This document shows positions 1 through 7,936 of a DNA stretch of 64,000 nt, in pieces. A program made the position numbers and the translations under genes. Each line of letters starts with the position of its first letter. The stretch's first letter is position 1. The DNA comes from Cryomorphaceae bacterium (GTDB lineage: Bacteria > Bacteroidota > Bacteroidia > Flavobacteriales > Schleiferiaceae): positions 18,532 through 82,531 of the forward strand of contig JAXITR010000002.1 in assembly GCA_034679985.1 (NCBI GenBank), in the 5' to 3' direction. The notes under the pieces were generated by a model, which saw nothing but the letters and a program-made list of their open reading frames with translations, did no database searches and was not told the DNA's origin.

Positions 1-319
1 GACCGTGGCCCACGTCGTGCAAAAGGATGGCCAAACACACGGCTTCCTCTTCTTCGGAAGAAATGGCATGACCCTTGCTACGGAGTACCTCAACGGCCCG
101 TTGCATGAGGTGCATGGCCCCCAAAGCGTGGTGAAAACGCGTGTGGTAGGCCCCCGGGTACACGAGGTAACTCAGTCCCAGTTGGGTGATGCGCCGCAAG
201 CGTTGGAAAGCGGGATTTTCGAGCACGTCGAATACCCGCGGCGAAGGCAGGGAAATAAACCCGTAAATGGGGTCGTTAAATAGTTTAAACTTGTTGGTTT
301 CTATCGAAGGAGCCTTCAT
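1..319 (-). CDS. HD-domain phosphohydrolase (SAMHD1/YdhJ-like), N-terminal 106 codons; gene continues past the left edge
   Basis: Not in the ORF track because there is no stop in the window. Reverse-strand reading from ATG (complement of 317-319) gives MKAPSIETNKFKLFNDPIYGFISLPSPRVFDVLENPAFQRLRRITQLGLSYLVYPGAYHTRFHHALGAMHLMQRAV...AILLHDVGHG. This has the NDPIYGFI N-terminus and the H...HD metal-binding signature of HD phosphohydrolases. The frame is open to position 1. Confidence 0.8.
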   Translation of the reverse strand, partial: MKAPSIETNKFKLFNDPIYGFISLPSPRVFDVLENPAFQRLRRITQLGLSYLVYPGAYHTRFHHALGAMHLMQRAVEVLRSKGHAISSEEEEAVCLAILLHDVGHG

Positions 320-341
320 ACTGCAAAGTAAAGAAAAAGCC

Positions 342-1904
342 ATGGAGAATGCCCGCATTTTATGGGTGGACGACGAGATCGACGCCCTCAAGCCCCACTG
401 CCTGTTTCTGGAGGCGCGCGGCTTTGCCGTGCACACCGCCAACAACGCGGCCGACGCCTTGGAATTGGTGCTGGCGGAGCGCTGGGATGCCGTTCTTTTG
501 GACGAGAACATGCCGGGCGGCGGCGGGTTGGAACTCCTTCCCAAAATCAAGCAGGCGCGCCCGTCGCTCCCGGTGGTCATGATCACCAAAAGCGAGGAAG
601 ACGGCGTGATGCAGGAGGCCATTGGCGCTCAGATTTCCGATTATTTGTTGAAACCCGTGCACCCGCGCCAGGTGTTGACGTCCCTGACCAAGCTGATTTC
701 CGGCGACAAATTGGCCGCGGCCCAAACGGAAACCAACTACCAACAAGCGTTTCGCGAGTTGTCTGTGGAGGTCAACGATGCGCGCAGCTGGGAGGACTGG
801 ACGGCCGTTCACCGGGCGCTGTGCCGTTGGGAAATGGCTTTGGAGAAAACGGGCAACGAAGCGTTTTCCCAATTGCTGCAAACGCAACGAGACGAGGCCA
901 ACGCCCTTTTTGCGCGGTTTGTGGAACGCAACTACGCGGACTGGATGGCCGACGAGTCTGCCGCACCTCTGCAGGCACACCGTTTTTTGAAGCGCGTTTT
1001 GTTTCCGGCGCTCAACAGCGGTCAGCGCGTCTTGTTGTTGGTTCTGGACAACCTGCGTTGGGACCAATGGAAGGTGCTTCAACCACTCTTGGAGGCGGAA
1101 GGCCACGTGCGGGAGGAAGGATTTCACGCCAGTTTGCTGCCCACCGCCACGCAATACGCCCGCAATGCACTTTTTGCCGGAATGACGCCGCTGGGAATCT
1201 CCAAGCGCTTCCCACAGTATTGGGTGGAGGACCGGGTGGAGACGGAGTCTGGACGCAATGCTTTTGAAGAGCAATTGCTGGGGGCGCAACTGCAAACGCA
1301 CGGATTGGGCACCTTGGATTGGGCCTACGCCAAACTGACCCACGCGGGTTCCGAGCGGAAGTTTGCGGGCCAGTGGAATAACCTGAAAAAGAAGCAATTG
1401 GTGACGGTGGTGGCGAATTTCATCGACATTCTCTCCCACGCCAAGGCGGAACAATCCGTGGTGCGGGACTTGGCTTCCGACGACGCCGGCTACCGCGCCC
1501 TCACGCGCACGTGGTGGGAGCGAAGCCCCCTGCGGGAGGTGGTGAACGACGCCCTGCTGGGCGGCATGGAGGTGCTCATCACCACGGACCACGGCACCGT
1601 GTTGGTGAAGGATCCCGTGAAATTGGCTGGAGACCGCGATTTAACCACCAACCTTCGGTTCAAGCAGGGCCGCGGAATGCAGGTAAATCCCAAGGAAGTG
1701 GTGGCGTTTGATTCGCCGGAAAAAATCGGATTGCCCTTGCGCGCCCTGGGCGAAAAAGTTGTTTTTGCCCGACAGTCCGACTTTTTTGCCTACCCCAACC
1801 AGTACAACCACTACGTGCAGCACTTCCGCAACACCTACCAGCACGGCGGGGTGAGTTTGGAAGAAATGGCCGTTCCCTACGCCTGGCTGACCCGGAAAAA
1901 ATAA
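342..1904 (+). CDS. porX: Response regulator with PglZ (alkaline-phosphatase-superfamily) output domain, PorX-type T9SS regulator
   Basis: Track ORF 267..1904 trimmed to ATG 342 (MENARILWVDDEIDALKPH). A CheY-like receiver (WVDDE, LLDENMPG, VVMITKSEE) is fused to a PglZ domain (LDNLRWDQW, LLPTATQYARNALFAGM, ITTDHGT, YQHGGVSLEEM). Architecture and ~520-aa length match PorX. Confidence 0.85.
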   Translation: MENARILWVDDEIDALKPHCLFLEARGFAVHTANNAADALELVLAERWDAVLLDENMPGGGGLELLPKIKQARPSLPVVMITKSEEDGVMQEAIGAQISDYLLKPVHPRQVLTSLTKLISGDKLAAAQTETNYQQAFRELSVEVNDARSWEDWTAVHRALCRWEMALEKTGNEAFSQLLQTQRDEANALFARFVERNYADWMADESAAPLQAHRFLKRVLFPALNSGQRVLLLVLDNLRWDQWKVLQPLLEAEGHVREEGFHASLLPTATQYARNALFAGMTPLGISKRFPQYWVEDRVETESGRNAFEEQLLGAQLQTHGLGTLDWAYAKLTHAGSERKFAGQWNNLKKKQLVTVVANFIDILSHAKAEQSVVRDLASDDAGYRALTRTWWERSPLREVVNDALLGGMEVLITTDHGTVLVKDPVKLAGDRDLTTNLRFKQGRGMQVNPKEVVAFDSPEKIGLPLRALGEKVVFARQSDFFAYPNQYNHYVQHFRNTYQHGGVSLEEMAVPYAWLTRKK

Positions 1905-1979
1905 ACCGAACGGCGTTGGGGCGCCGCGGGCGGTTTCCCAGCTTCGCAGGTAGGCGGTACCCTGTTTTTTCCTTCCACG

Positions 1980-1987
1980 TACCTTTG
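1980..1987 (+). promoter_or_regulatory. -7 promoter box TACCTTTG (TAnnTTTG consensus), 4 nt upstream of the tsaE GTG
   Basis: Exact match to the Bacteroidetes primary-sigma -7 consensus. Spacing predicts a leaderless or near-leaderless transcript. Confidence 0.5.
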
Positions 1988-1991
1988 CACC

Positions 1992-2405
1992 GTGAACAAG
2001 AGCATTTTGGGTTTGGAGGATTGGCCCCGTTGGGCTGCGGAACACGGCCCGCGTCTTTGCGGCGTGGTGGTGCTGCAAGGGCCCATGGGTGCCGGGAAAA
2101 CCACCCTGGTTTCTGCCCTGGGCACGGCTCTGGGCTGGCAAGACACCGTGCAGAGTCCCACCTTTGGCCTGATCCACACCTACCGCGATGCCCAGGGCGC
2201 GCCCGTGTACCACTTGGACCTTTACCGACTGCGCAACGAGCAGGAGGGTTGGGGGTTGGGATTGGACGAGTTGTTTGATTCCGGTGCCCTGTGCTTGGTG
2301 GAGTGGGCGGAAAAAATCCCTACCTTCTTACCGGAAAACCCAATGCGTATACTCGTTGATTATCATGAAGATACGCAGTTGCGGACGGTTGAATTGATTG
2401 CCTAA
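1992..2405 (+). CDS. tsaE: tRNA t6A37 biosynthesis ATPase TsaE (YjeE)
   Basis: 137 aa, GTG start. P-loop LQGPMGAGKTT and SPTFGLIHTY motif typical of TsaE. Confidence 0.85.
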   Translation: MNKSILGLEDWPRWAAEHGPRLCGVVVLQGPMGAGKTTLVSALGTALGWQDTVQSPTFGLIHTYRDAQGAPVYHLDLYRLRNEQEGWGLGLDELFDSGALCLVEWAEKIPTFLPENPMRILVDYHEDTQLRTVELIA

Positions 2406-2406
2406 C

Positions 2407-3579
2407 ATGGAACTGTACGTCCCCCAAGAAGAGCGTTTGCTGGTGCAAACCCGCCGCCAATCGCTGACGTTTGGCGTGCCGCGCGAATCCGTTTGGAACG
2501 AGAATCGGGTGGCTTTGACGCCGGAAGGGGTCGATTTATTGGTCAGCCGCGGGCATCGGGTCAAGGTGGAAACCGGAGCGGGAGACATGGCTCGATACAC
2601 GGACGCGGCCTACGCCGAAGCGGGTGCAGAGTTGGTGTACGACGCCCCTGAGGTTTTTCGCTGCCCGTGGGTGGTGAAAGTGCAGCCCCCCACAATGGAA
2701 GAATTGGGGCACATGTCTTTGGGGGCCACCTTGGTGAGCGCCCTGCAGCCGTCTTCCTTGCGCAAAGAAATTGTGGAGGCCCTCATGCTGAAACGCATTA
2801 CGGCGCTGGCCTACGAACATTTGGAAGACGCCCACCACCAAAAACCGTTTGTTCGGAGCATGGGCGAGATTGCCGGATCCACGGCGATTTTGCTGGCTGC
2901 GGATTACCTGAGCACCACCTTGAACGGCCGCGGCTACGTGATGGGCGGCGTTACCGGCGTGCCCCCCACCGACGTGGTTATTTTGGGTGCCGGCATGGTG
3001 GGGACGGTGGCCGCGCGCGTAGCGCGCGGAATGGGTGCGCATGTACGGGTTTTTGATACGTCGTTAACGCGTTTGCACCGCCTGCAAAGCCAGGTGGATG
3101 CGTCGGTGCACACCGTGGTCATGCAGCCGAGGTTGCTGGCTAAGGCCTTGATGGATTGCGACGTAGCCGTAGGTGCCTTGCGCGCGGAGAACGGTCGTAC
3201 GCCGGTGGTGGTTTCGGAGGCCGTCGTGTCCCAAATGAAGACGGGGAGCATTGTGGTGGACGTCAGCATCGATCAAGGCGGCTGTTTTGAGACGTCGGAA
3301 ATTACCTCCTGGCAAAGTCCCTCCTTTGAACGCTTTGGCGTTTTGCACATCGGCATTCCCAATTTGGCCGCGCGTACCGCACGCACCGCCTCCTTTGCGT
3401 TGAACAACCTGACGGCTCCGTTGCTGGATCGATGGTCCGAGGCCGGAGGCTGGGAGGGAATTGTGGACCGCTACCCGGGCGTGGCGCGCGGGGTCTACGT
3501 TTTTGGCGGAACTTTGACGTCCCGTCCGCTGGGCGAACGCTTTGATTTGCCCTATTCGGAAATTGGGTTGTTGCTTTGA
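2407..3579 (+). CDS. ald: Alanine dehydrogenase family protein
   Basis: Track ORF 2398..3579 trimmed to ATG 2407, 1 nt after the tsaE stop. Motifs: NENRVALTPEGV, Rossmann VVILGAGMVGTVAA, VDVSIDQGG. Confidence 0.8.
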   Translation: MELYVPQEERLLVQTRRQSLTFGVPRESVWNENRVALTPEGVDLLVSRGHRVKVETGAGDMARYTDAAYAEAGAELVYDAPEVFRCPWVVKVQPPTMEELGHMSLGATLVSALQPSSLRKEIVEALMLKRITALAYEHLEDAHHQKPFVRSMGEIAGSTAILLAADYLSTTLNGRGYVMGGVTGVPPTDVVILGAGMVGTVAARVARGMGAHVRVFDTSLTRLHRLQSQVDASVHTVVMQPRLLAKALMDCDVAVGALRAENGRTPVVVSEAVVSQMKTGSIVVDVSIDQGGCFETSEITSWQSPSFERFGVLHIGIPNLAARTARTASFALNNLTAPLLDRWSEAGGWEGIVDRYPGVARGVYVFGGTLTSRPLGERFDLPYSEIGLLL

Positions 3580-3588
3580 TCCGTTTCA

Positions 3589-4005
3589 GTGCCGCGCCGC
3601 GGTATTTTATCTCTAAATCGAACCGTACAGAACGTGAAGTTTGCCCGTAAAGTAGCTTTTTTCAGTGGAGGTGTGGTCCTGGGGACCGTGTTGGTGGTCT
3701 GGATGTTCGGCGAACGAACAGACATTCAATGCACGTATTTTCCGAACGATCGGGTCCTGTACGATTTGCGTTTGAAAACGTGGGTTTGGCCCGACGGATC
3801 TGTTCCCACCGACACCGCTTGGACTTGGGCCGTGCGCAACCGTTCCACCGTGGACTGGGACGCCACCACCGTGGCCACCCGTACGGAAACGACGGAGGAT
3901 TCCGCCAACGTCTATGTATTGCGTCTGGAGTACCAAGGCCGCCCCACGGAAGTGGTGGTGGAAGGCCGGAAGCACCGAGCGGTGGTGCTGCGCTGGAAGC
4001 AATAA
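3589..4005 (+). CDS. Small membrane-anchored hypothetical protein (possibly DUF4258-like)
   Basis: One N-terminal TM segment (VAFFSGGVVLGTVLVVWMF) followed by CTYFPNDRVLYDL. From memory only, it resembles small anchored proteins that follow ald in Flavobacteriia. Alternative GTG start at 3634. Confidence 0.5.
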   Translation: MPRRGILSLNRTVQNVKFARKVAFFSGGVVLGTVLVVWMFGERTDIQCTYFPNDRVLYDLRLKTWVWPDGSVPTDTAWTWAVRNRSTVDWDATTVATRTETTEDSANVYVLRLEYQGRPTEVVVEGRKHRAVVLRWKQ

Positions 4006-4070
4006 GGGTTCGCCGGACGCACGCAACCCTTTGGGCCGCGGGCGAACCGATTGGAAGTTAATCGGAAGAA

Positions 4071-5264
4071 TCAGGAGTCTTTTCGCTCGGCGCGACGTCG
4101 GTTCATCTCCGCACGCAGGTTGCTGAGTTCCCGACCGGTTTGGCCCGCCACGCTGGTGTTTTCCTCAGCGCGTCGGAACAAATAGGGAAGAACATCGCGC
4201 ACCGGACCGAACGGCAAGTACTTGGCTACCCGATGGCCGTCGTGCGCGGCCACGTAGGAAATGTGGTCGCTCATGCCGTAGAGCTGGGCCAGCCATACGG
4301 GAGCATCTCCTGGAGCCCAACCGTTTTTGGCCAAGCAATCCACCGCCCATTGGGTGGAGGATTCGTTGTGAGTGCCTACCACCAGGGCGTTTCCGGTGGG
4401 AGCTCCGGGGGTGCCTAGGGCGTCCACCAACAAGGCCACGGCGCGGTTAAAGTCGCGGTCCGTGCTGGCTTTGTCCGGTTGGATGGGCGAGGGGTAGCCC
4501 AATTGGGTGGCGCGCTCGCGCTCTTTTTCCATGTAAGCACCGCGCACAATCTTGACGCCGTATTTGTAGTTACCCTCTTGGGCCGCTTGAAGCTCCGCCT
4601 CCAAAGCCTCAATGCGTCCGGTTCTGTAGAGTTGCACGGTGGTGAAGACCACCGGGCGTTCTTGGTTGAACTCCTGCATGAGTTGACGGGCGGTGCGGTC
4701 GATGGCCGGTTGAATCCAGGTCTCCTCCGCGTCAATCATGATGCTGCGTCCTTCTTTTTGGGAGTAGGCGGCCAACCGACGGAATCGGGCCAAGGCACGT
4801 TCCCATTCCGCTTGCTCCTCCGCAGACAAGGCTGCGTCGGCAGAGATTTTTTCCAACAGCGCAAAGCGGGACAATCCGGTCATCTTGAAGACGCCCAGCG
4901 CCAGGCCGTCGAATTTGGTGTGGGCCGCCAACGTTTGCAACGTGATGTCCAAACCGCGTTGAAAATCCGCCTCGGTTTCTTTGCCTTCAACGGAATAATC
5001 CAAAATGCTGGAAATGCGGTAGTCCCACAGTTTCTGGATGGCGGGCCCGCAATCGGCGATGCTTTCCCCGCCCACAAACTGCGCGAAAACGGTTTTTTTC
5101 ACCAATCCTTTGATGGGGAGTCGCAACCACAAGGCCGCTTCAACCGCGGGTTTTCCCAAGCGTACGAGCCAGGGAAGCTGCAGAAGTCCAAACAAAAATT
5201 GGCTGCGGCGCAAGTCGGCGTCGGACCGACTGTGGAAGGCGCGGGCGGTGTTGTTAAAATCCAT
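4071..5264 (-). CDS. Proline dehydrogenase (monofunctional)
   Basis: Track ORF 4071..5621 trimmed to ATG 5264 (MDFNNTARAFHSRSD); the longer version would run across the aroB start. Motifs: ILDYSVEG, IMIDAEETWIQ, VKIVRGAYMEKER, QLYGMSDHIS, YLPFGPVRDVLPYLFRRAEEN. Confidence 0.85.
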   Translation of the reverse strand: MDFNNTARAFHSRSDADLRRSQFLFGLLQLPWLVRLGKPAVEAALWLRLPIKGLVKKTVFAQFVGGESIADCGPAIQKLWDYRISSILDYSVEGKETEADFQRGLDITLQTLAAHTKFDGLALGVFKMTGLSRFALLEKISADAALSAEEQAEWERALARFRRLAAYSQKEGRSIMIDAEETWIQPAIDRTARQLMQEFNQERPVVFTTVQLYRTGRIEALEAELQAAQEGNYKYGVKIVRGAYMEKERERATQLGYPSPIQPDKASTDRDFNRAVALLVDALGTPGAPTGNALVVGTHNESSTQWAVDCLAKNGWAPGDAPVWLAQLYGMSDHISYVAAHDGHRVAKYLPFGPVRDVLPYLFRRAEENTSVAGQTGRELSNLRAEMNRRRAERKDS

Positions 5265-5280
5265 GGTTCTGAGCTGTGCA

Positions 5281-5288
5281 CAAAGATA
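5281..5288 (-). promoter_or_regulatory. -7 promoter box TATCTTTG (minus strand), 16 nt upstream of the proline dehydrogenase ATG
   Basis: Exact TAnnTTTG match. Overlaps the aroB box by 2 nt (shared TA). Confidence 0.55.
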
Positions 5289-5294
5289 CATTTG
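5287..5294 (+). promoter_or_regulatory. -7 promoter box TACATTTG, 16 nt upstream of the aroB ATG
   Basis: Exact TAnnTTTG match in the 46-bp divergent spacer. Confidence 0.55.
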
Positions 5295-5310
5295 AACCAT
5301 CTTTGTAGGG

Positions 5311-6393
5311 ATGAAAACCCACAGAAATCCTTGGGGCGATGCCGTTGTGGGCTGGGGCGCGTTGAGTGCCCTGGGCGCCTGGCTGCGCGCGGAACCCGCG
5401 CCGCGTCGGGTCTTCTTTTTGGTGGACGAAAATACCCACGAGGCCTGTTTGCCGCTGGTCCATCCGGAAGTTCCCGACGGTTGTGCCGTTGAAGTGCTGG
5501 AGGTTCCCGCGGGCGAGGGCAGCAAGGAGCCGGAAATGGCCCTTTCCCTGTGGGAGGCCCTGCGCGAACACGGCGCACATCGGGACGATGTCTTGATCGC
5601 CGTGGGCGGCGGAATGGTCACGGACTTGGGCGGCTTTGTGGCCGCAACCTACAAACGCGGCATGCGCTACGCCGCCGTTCCAACGTCTTTGTTGGCCATG
5701 GTGGACGCCAGCGTGGGCGGTAAGTCTGGAGTTAATTTAGTGGGATTGAAGAACGCCGTGGGCACGTTTTACCGCGCCGAGGGCGTTTTTGTAGATCCTG
5801 TTTTCCTGGAAACCTTGCCTCCTCGGGAGGTCGCCGCCGGTTGGGCGGAGATGATCAAGCACGCCTATTTGGACGGCGGTGCGCATTGGAACACCATCGG
5901 CCAATTCGCCGAAGCCGATGCAGACACCGTGGAGCGCTTGATTCAGCTCAGCGTGGCCTTCAAAGCACGTTTGGTGGAAGAAGATCCGCTCGACCGACTC
6001 GATCTGCGCGCTGCTTTGAACGCGGGGCACACCGTGGGGCACGCCCTGGAAGCCTTGGCTTGGGCCGACGAATCGGACGAATCTGTACCCTTGTTGCACG
6101 GCGAGGCGGTTGCCGCGGGCTTGTGGATGGAGTCTTGGGTTGCGGAAGCGCGCGGATTGCAACCGACGGCCGACGCTGCGGCCTTGCGTGCGCTACTGCG
6201 GGCCTATTACGCACGGGTTCCCTTGCCCTCTCTGGAAGCGGCCTGGACCGTGATGCAGCACGACAAGAAGAACCGAACCGACGAAGTCCGTATGGCCCTG
6301 CTGCAGGCGCCGGGCAGCTCTGTTGTTCTGGCGGCTGTGACCAAAGCCGAATGCGCCGAAGCCTGGGAGGCCTACGCCAAAACCTTTGTTTGA
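5311..6393 (+). CDS. aroB: 3-dehydroquinate synthase
   Basis: 360 aa. Motifs: GGGMVTDLGGFVAATYKRGM, VDASVGGKSGVN, GHTVGHALE, HGEAVAAG. Confidence 0.9.
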   Translation: MKTHRNPWGDAVVGWGALSALGAWLRAEPAPRRVFFLVDENTHEACLPLVHPEVPDGCAVEVLEVPAGEGSKEPEMALSLWEALREHGAHRDDVLIAVGGGMVTDLGGFVAATYKRGMRYAAVPTSLLAMVDASVGGKSGVNLVGLKNAVGTFYRAEGVFVDPVFLETLPPREVAAGWAEMIKHAYLDGGAHWNTIGQFAEADADTVERLIQLSVAFKARLVEEDPLDRLDLRAALNAGHTVGHALEALAWADESDESVPLLHGEAVAAGLWMESWVAEARGLQPTADAAALRALLRAYYARVPLPSLEAAWTVMQHDKKNRTDEVRMALLQAPGSSVVLAAVTKAECAEAWEAYAKTFV

Positions 6394-7936
6394 GGTGAAC
6401 GAGTTCAGCGAGGAAGGTTGGGCTGGGGCTACTGCCGGTAGTGCTTCGTCGCCACAAGCGGGGTCTTCCGCGGGGGACGACGCGTTGCACCATGCGGATT
6501 CTGAAGGTGGCGCCTTGGATGCTTTGACGAGCGCGGCGACGGGCGTTTTGTCTATTGCGGCGGTGGGCGCATTGTCTGGCACGGAGCTGGGCACCATCCC
6601 GGAACTTGATTTACCGCTTTCCAAGAGCGTGTGGAACCGACTGCAGGTACTTCGTGCCGTTGTGCCCGACCGCGTAGATCTTAGCAAGTGGCCGGAGGTT
6701 GGCGTTTCGTTCGATTCAGGTGTTACGGAATCAGCTACTTCCAACGAAACAGCCGGTGCTCCGGAGGACGTTTTGGCCATGGCGCGTGCGGTGAAAGCCG
6801 TGCGTCGGTCTTGCGCAACGGATACTTGGCAGCAGGTAGACGTGGGTCCCGCGGGCACCGCGTGGCGTTTTGGATTGGCGTTGGCCTTAGCCACGCCGGG
6901 CGCGAAGGTGGTTCTGGAGGGGCACGCCCGTTTGCAAGAACGACCGATCGAACCTTTGGTAAAGGCCTTGAGATCATTAGGCGCGGAGTTGGAGGGCGGC
7001 GTTCCGCCGCACCGGTGCACGGGCCGCCGCCTGCGCGGCGGCCAATGCACCCTGGACGCCTCCGCGTCCAGCCAACACCTCAGCGCCTTACTTTTGATCG
7101 CCCCTTTGTTGGAGGAACCCCTCACCGTTCACCTGACCGCTCCGCTCGTCAGCGCTCCCTATGCCCACATGACTGCCGCGCTGTTGCGTCGCGTGGGCTA
7201 TTCCGTATCGATTGACGACGCTACCTGGCGTGTTCATCCCTTCAGCAATTCCAACGCAGGCCCGCTCCCCAAGCCTGTTGTTTTTGATCGAGATCCGGAC
7301 TGGTCCGCCGCAGCCGTTCACGGCGCGGTTGCTGCCCTGACCGGAAAGCCGGCCTTGCTGCGGGACCTTCGTTTGGCCTCCCTCCAGGGGGACCGCGCCG
7401 TTGGAGCTTTGTTGGCCAACTTGGGCGTTCGGATGGAATCGGTACCCGGAGGCATCCTCGTTGCTGCGCCTCAAAGGGGGGCTGCGGTTACTACAAACAC
7501 CTTAATCCATCCGGAAAATGGGAACAACACCGGTCCATTGGCCTGGGATTTTTCCGAAATCCCGGACACCGCTCAGCCCTTGCTGGCCGCGGCCATGGCG
7601 TTGGGGAGGTCCGGTAAAGCCGTAGGATTGCACACCTTGGCCGGCAAAGAAATCAACCGAATGGACGGCTTGCTGGAATTGGCCGAGGTGTTGGGCGTCT
7701 CCTGCTCGGCGGATGCGGATACCTTCTCCTTTTCGCCGGGGCCCAATTTTGGGCAGCATGAACGGTTGTCCGGACCGGGTTCTTCGCAACACCGCTCCGC
7801 GCAAGGCGATCACCGTCAGGCCTTTGCATGGGCGTTGGTGGGGCTCCGGGTTCCCGTTTCGGTGAGCGATCCGGATTGCGTGCGGAAGTCCTACCCGGAC
7901 TTTTGGCGCAATTTCAGCGTCCACGTGGGCGCGTAG
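6386..7936 (+). CDS. aroA: 3-phosphoshikimate 1-carboxyvinyltransferase (EPSP synthase)
   Basis: Motifs: LPLSKSVWNRLQVL, GPAGTAWRFG, RLQERPIEPLV, SSQHLSALLLIAP, APYAHMT, GDHRQAFAWA, RKSYPDFW. Start uncertain: TTG 6386 (overlapping the aroB stop), GTG 6395 or GTG 6563. The first ~60 codons are low-complexity. Confidence 0.85.
   Translation: MFEVNEFSEEGWAGATAGSASSPQAGSSAGDDALHHADSEGGALDALTSAATGVLSIAAVGALSGTELGTIPELDLPLSKSVWNRLQVLRAVVPDRVDLSKWPEVGVSFDSGVTESATSNETAGAPEDVLAMARAVKAVRRSCATDTWQQVDVGPAGTAWRFGLALALATPGAKVVLEGHARLQERPIEPLVKALRSLGAELEGGVPPHRCTGRRLRGGQCTLDASASSQHLSALLLIAPLLEEPLTVHLTAPLVSAPYAHMTAALLRRVGYSVSIDDATWRVHPFSNSNAGPLPKPVVFDRDPDWSAAAVHGAVAALTGKPALLRDLRLASLQGDRAVGALLANLGVRMESVPGGILVAAPQRGAAVTTNTLIHPENGNNTGPLAWDFSEIPDTAQPLLAAAMALGRSGKAVGLHTLAGKEINRMDGLLELAEVLGVSCSADADTFSFSPGPNFGQHERLSGPGSSQHRSAQGDHRQAFAWALVGLRVPVSVSDPDCVRKSYPDFWRNFSVHVGA

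Noticed and set aside
5-283. 92-aa plus-strand ORF at the left edge
   Set aside because: The opposite strand encodes an unmistakable HD-domain N-terminus (NDPIYGFI ... HDVGHG), so this is its antisense shadow.
5265-5621. N-terminal extensions of track ORFs (here 4071..5621; likewise 14150..15931, 51446..53188, 32833..34263, 60537..62006, 12481..13608, 38592..40772)
   Set aside because: The extensions run through neighbouring genes or spacers and translate to R/P/G/A-rich sequence. In each case family-typical N-termini begin at an internal start that abuts the previous gene or a -7 box.
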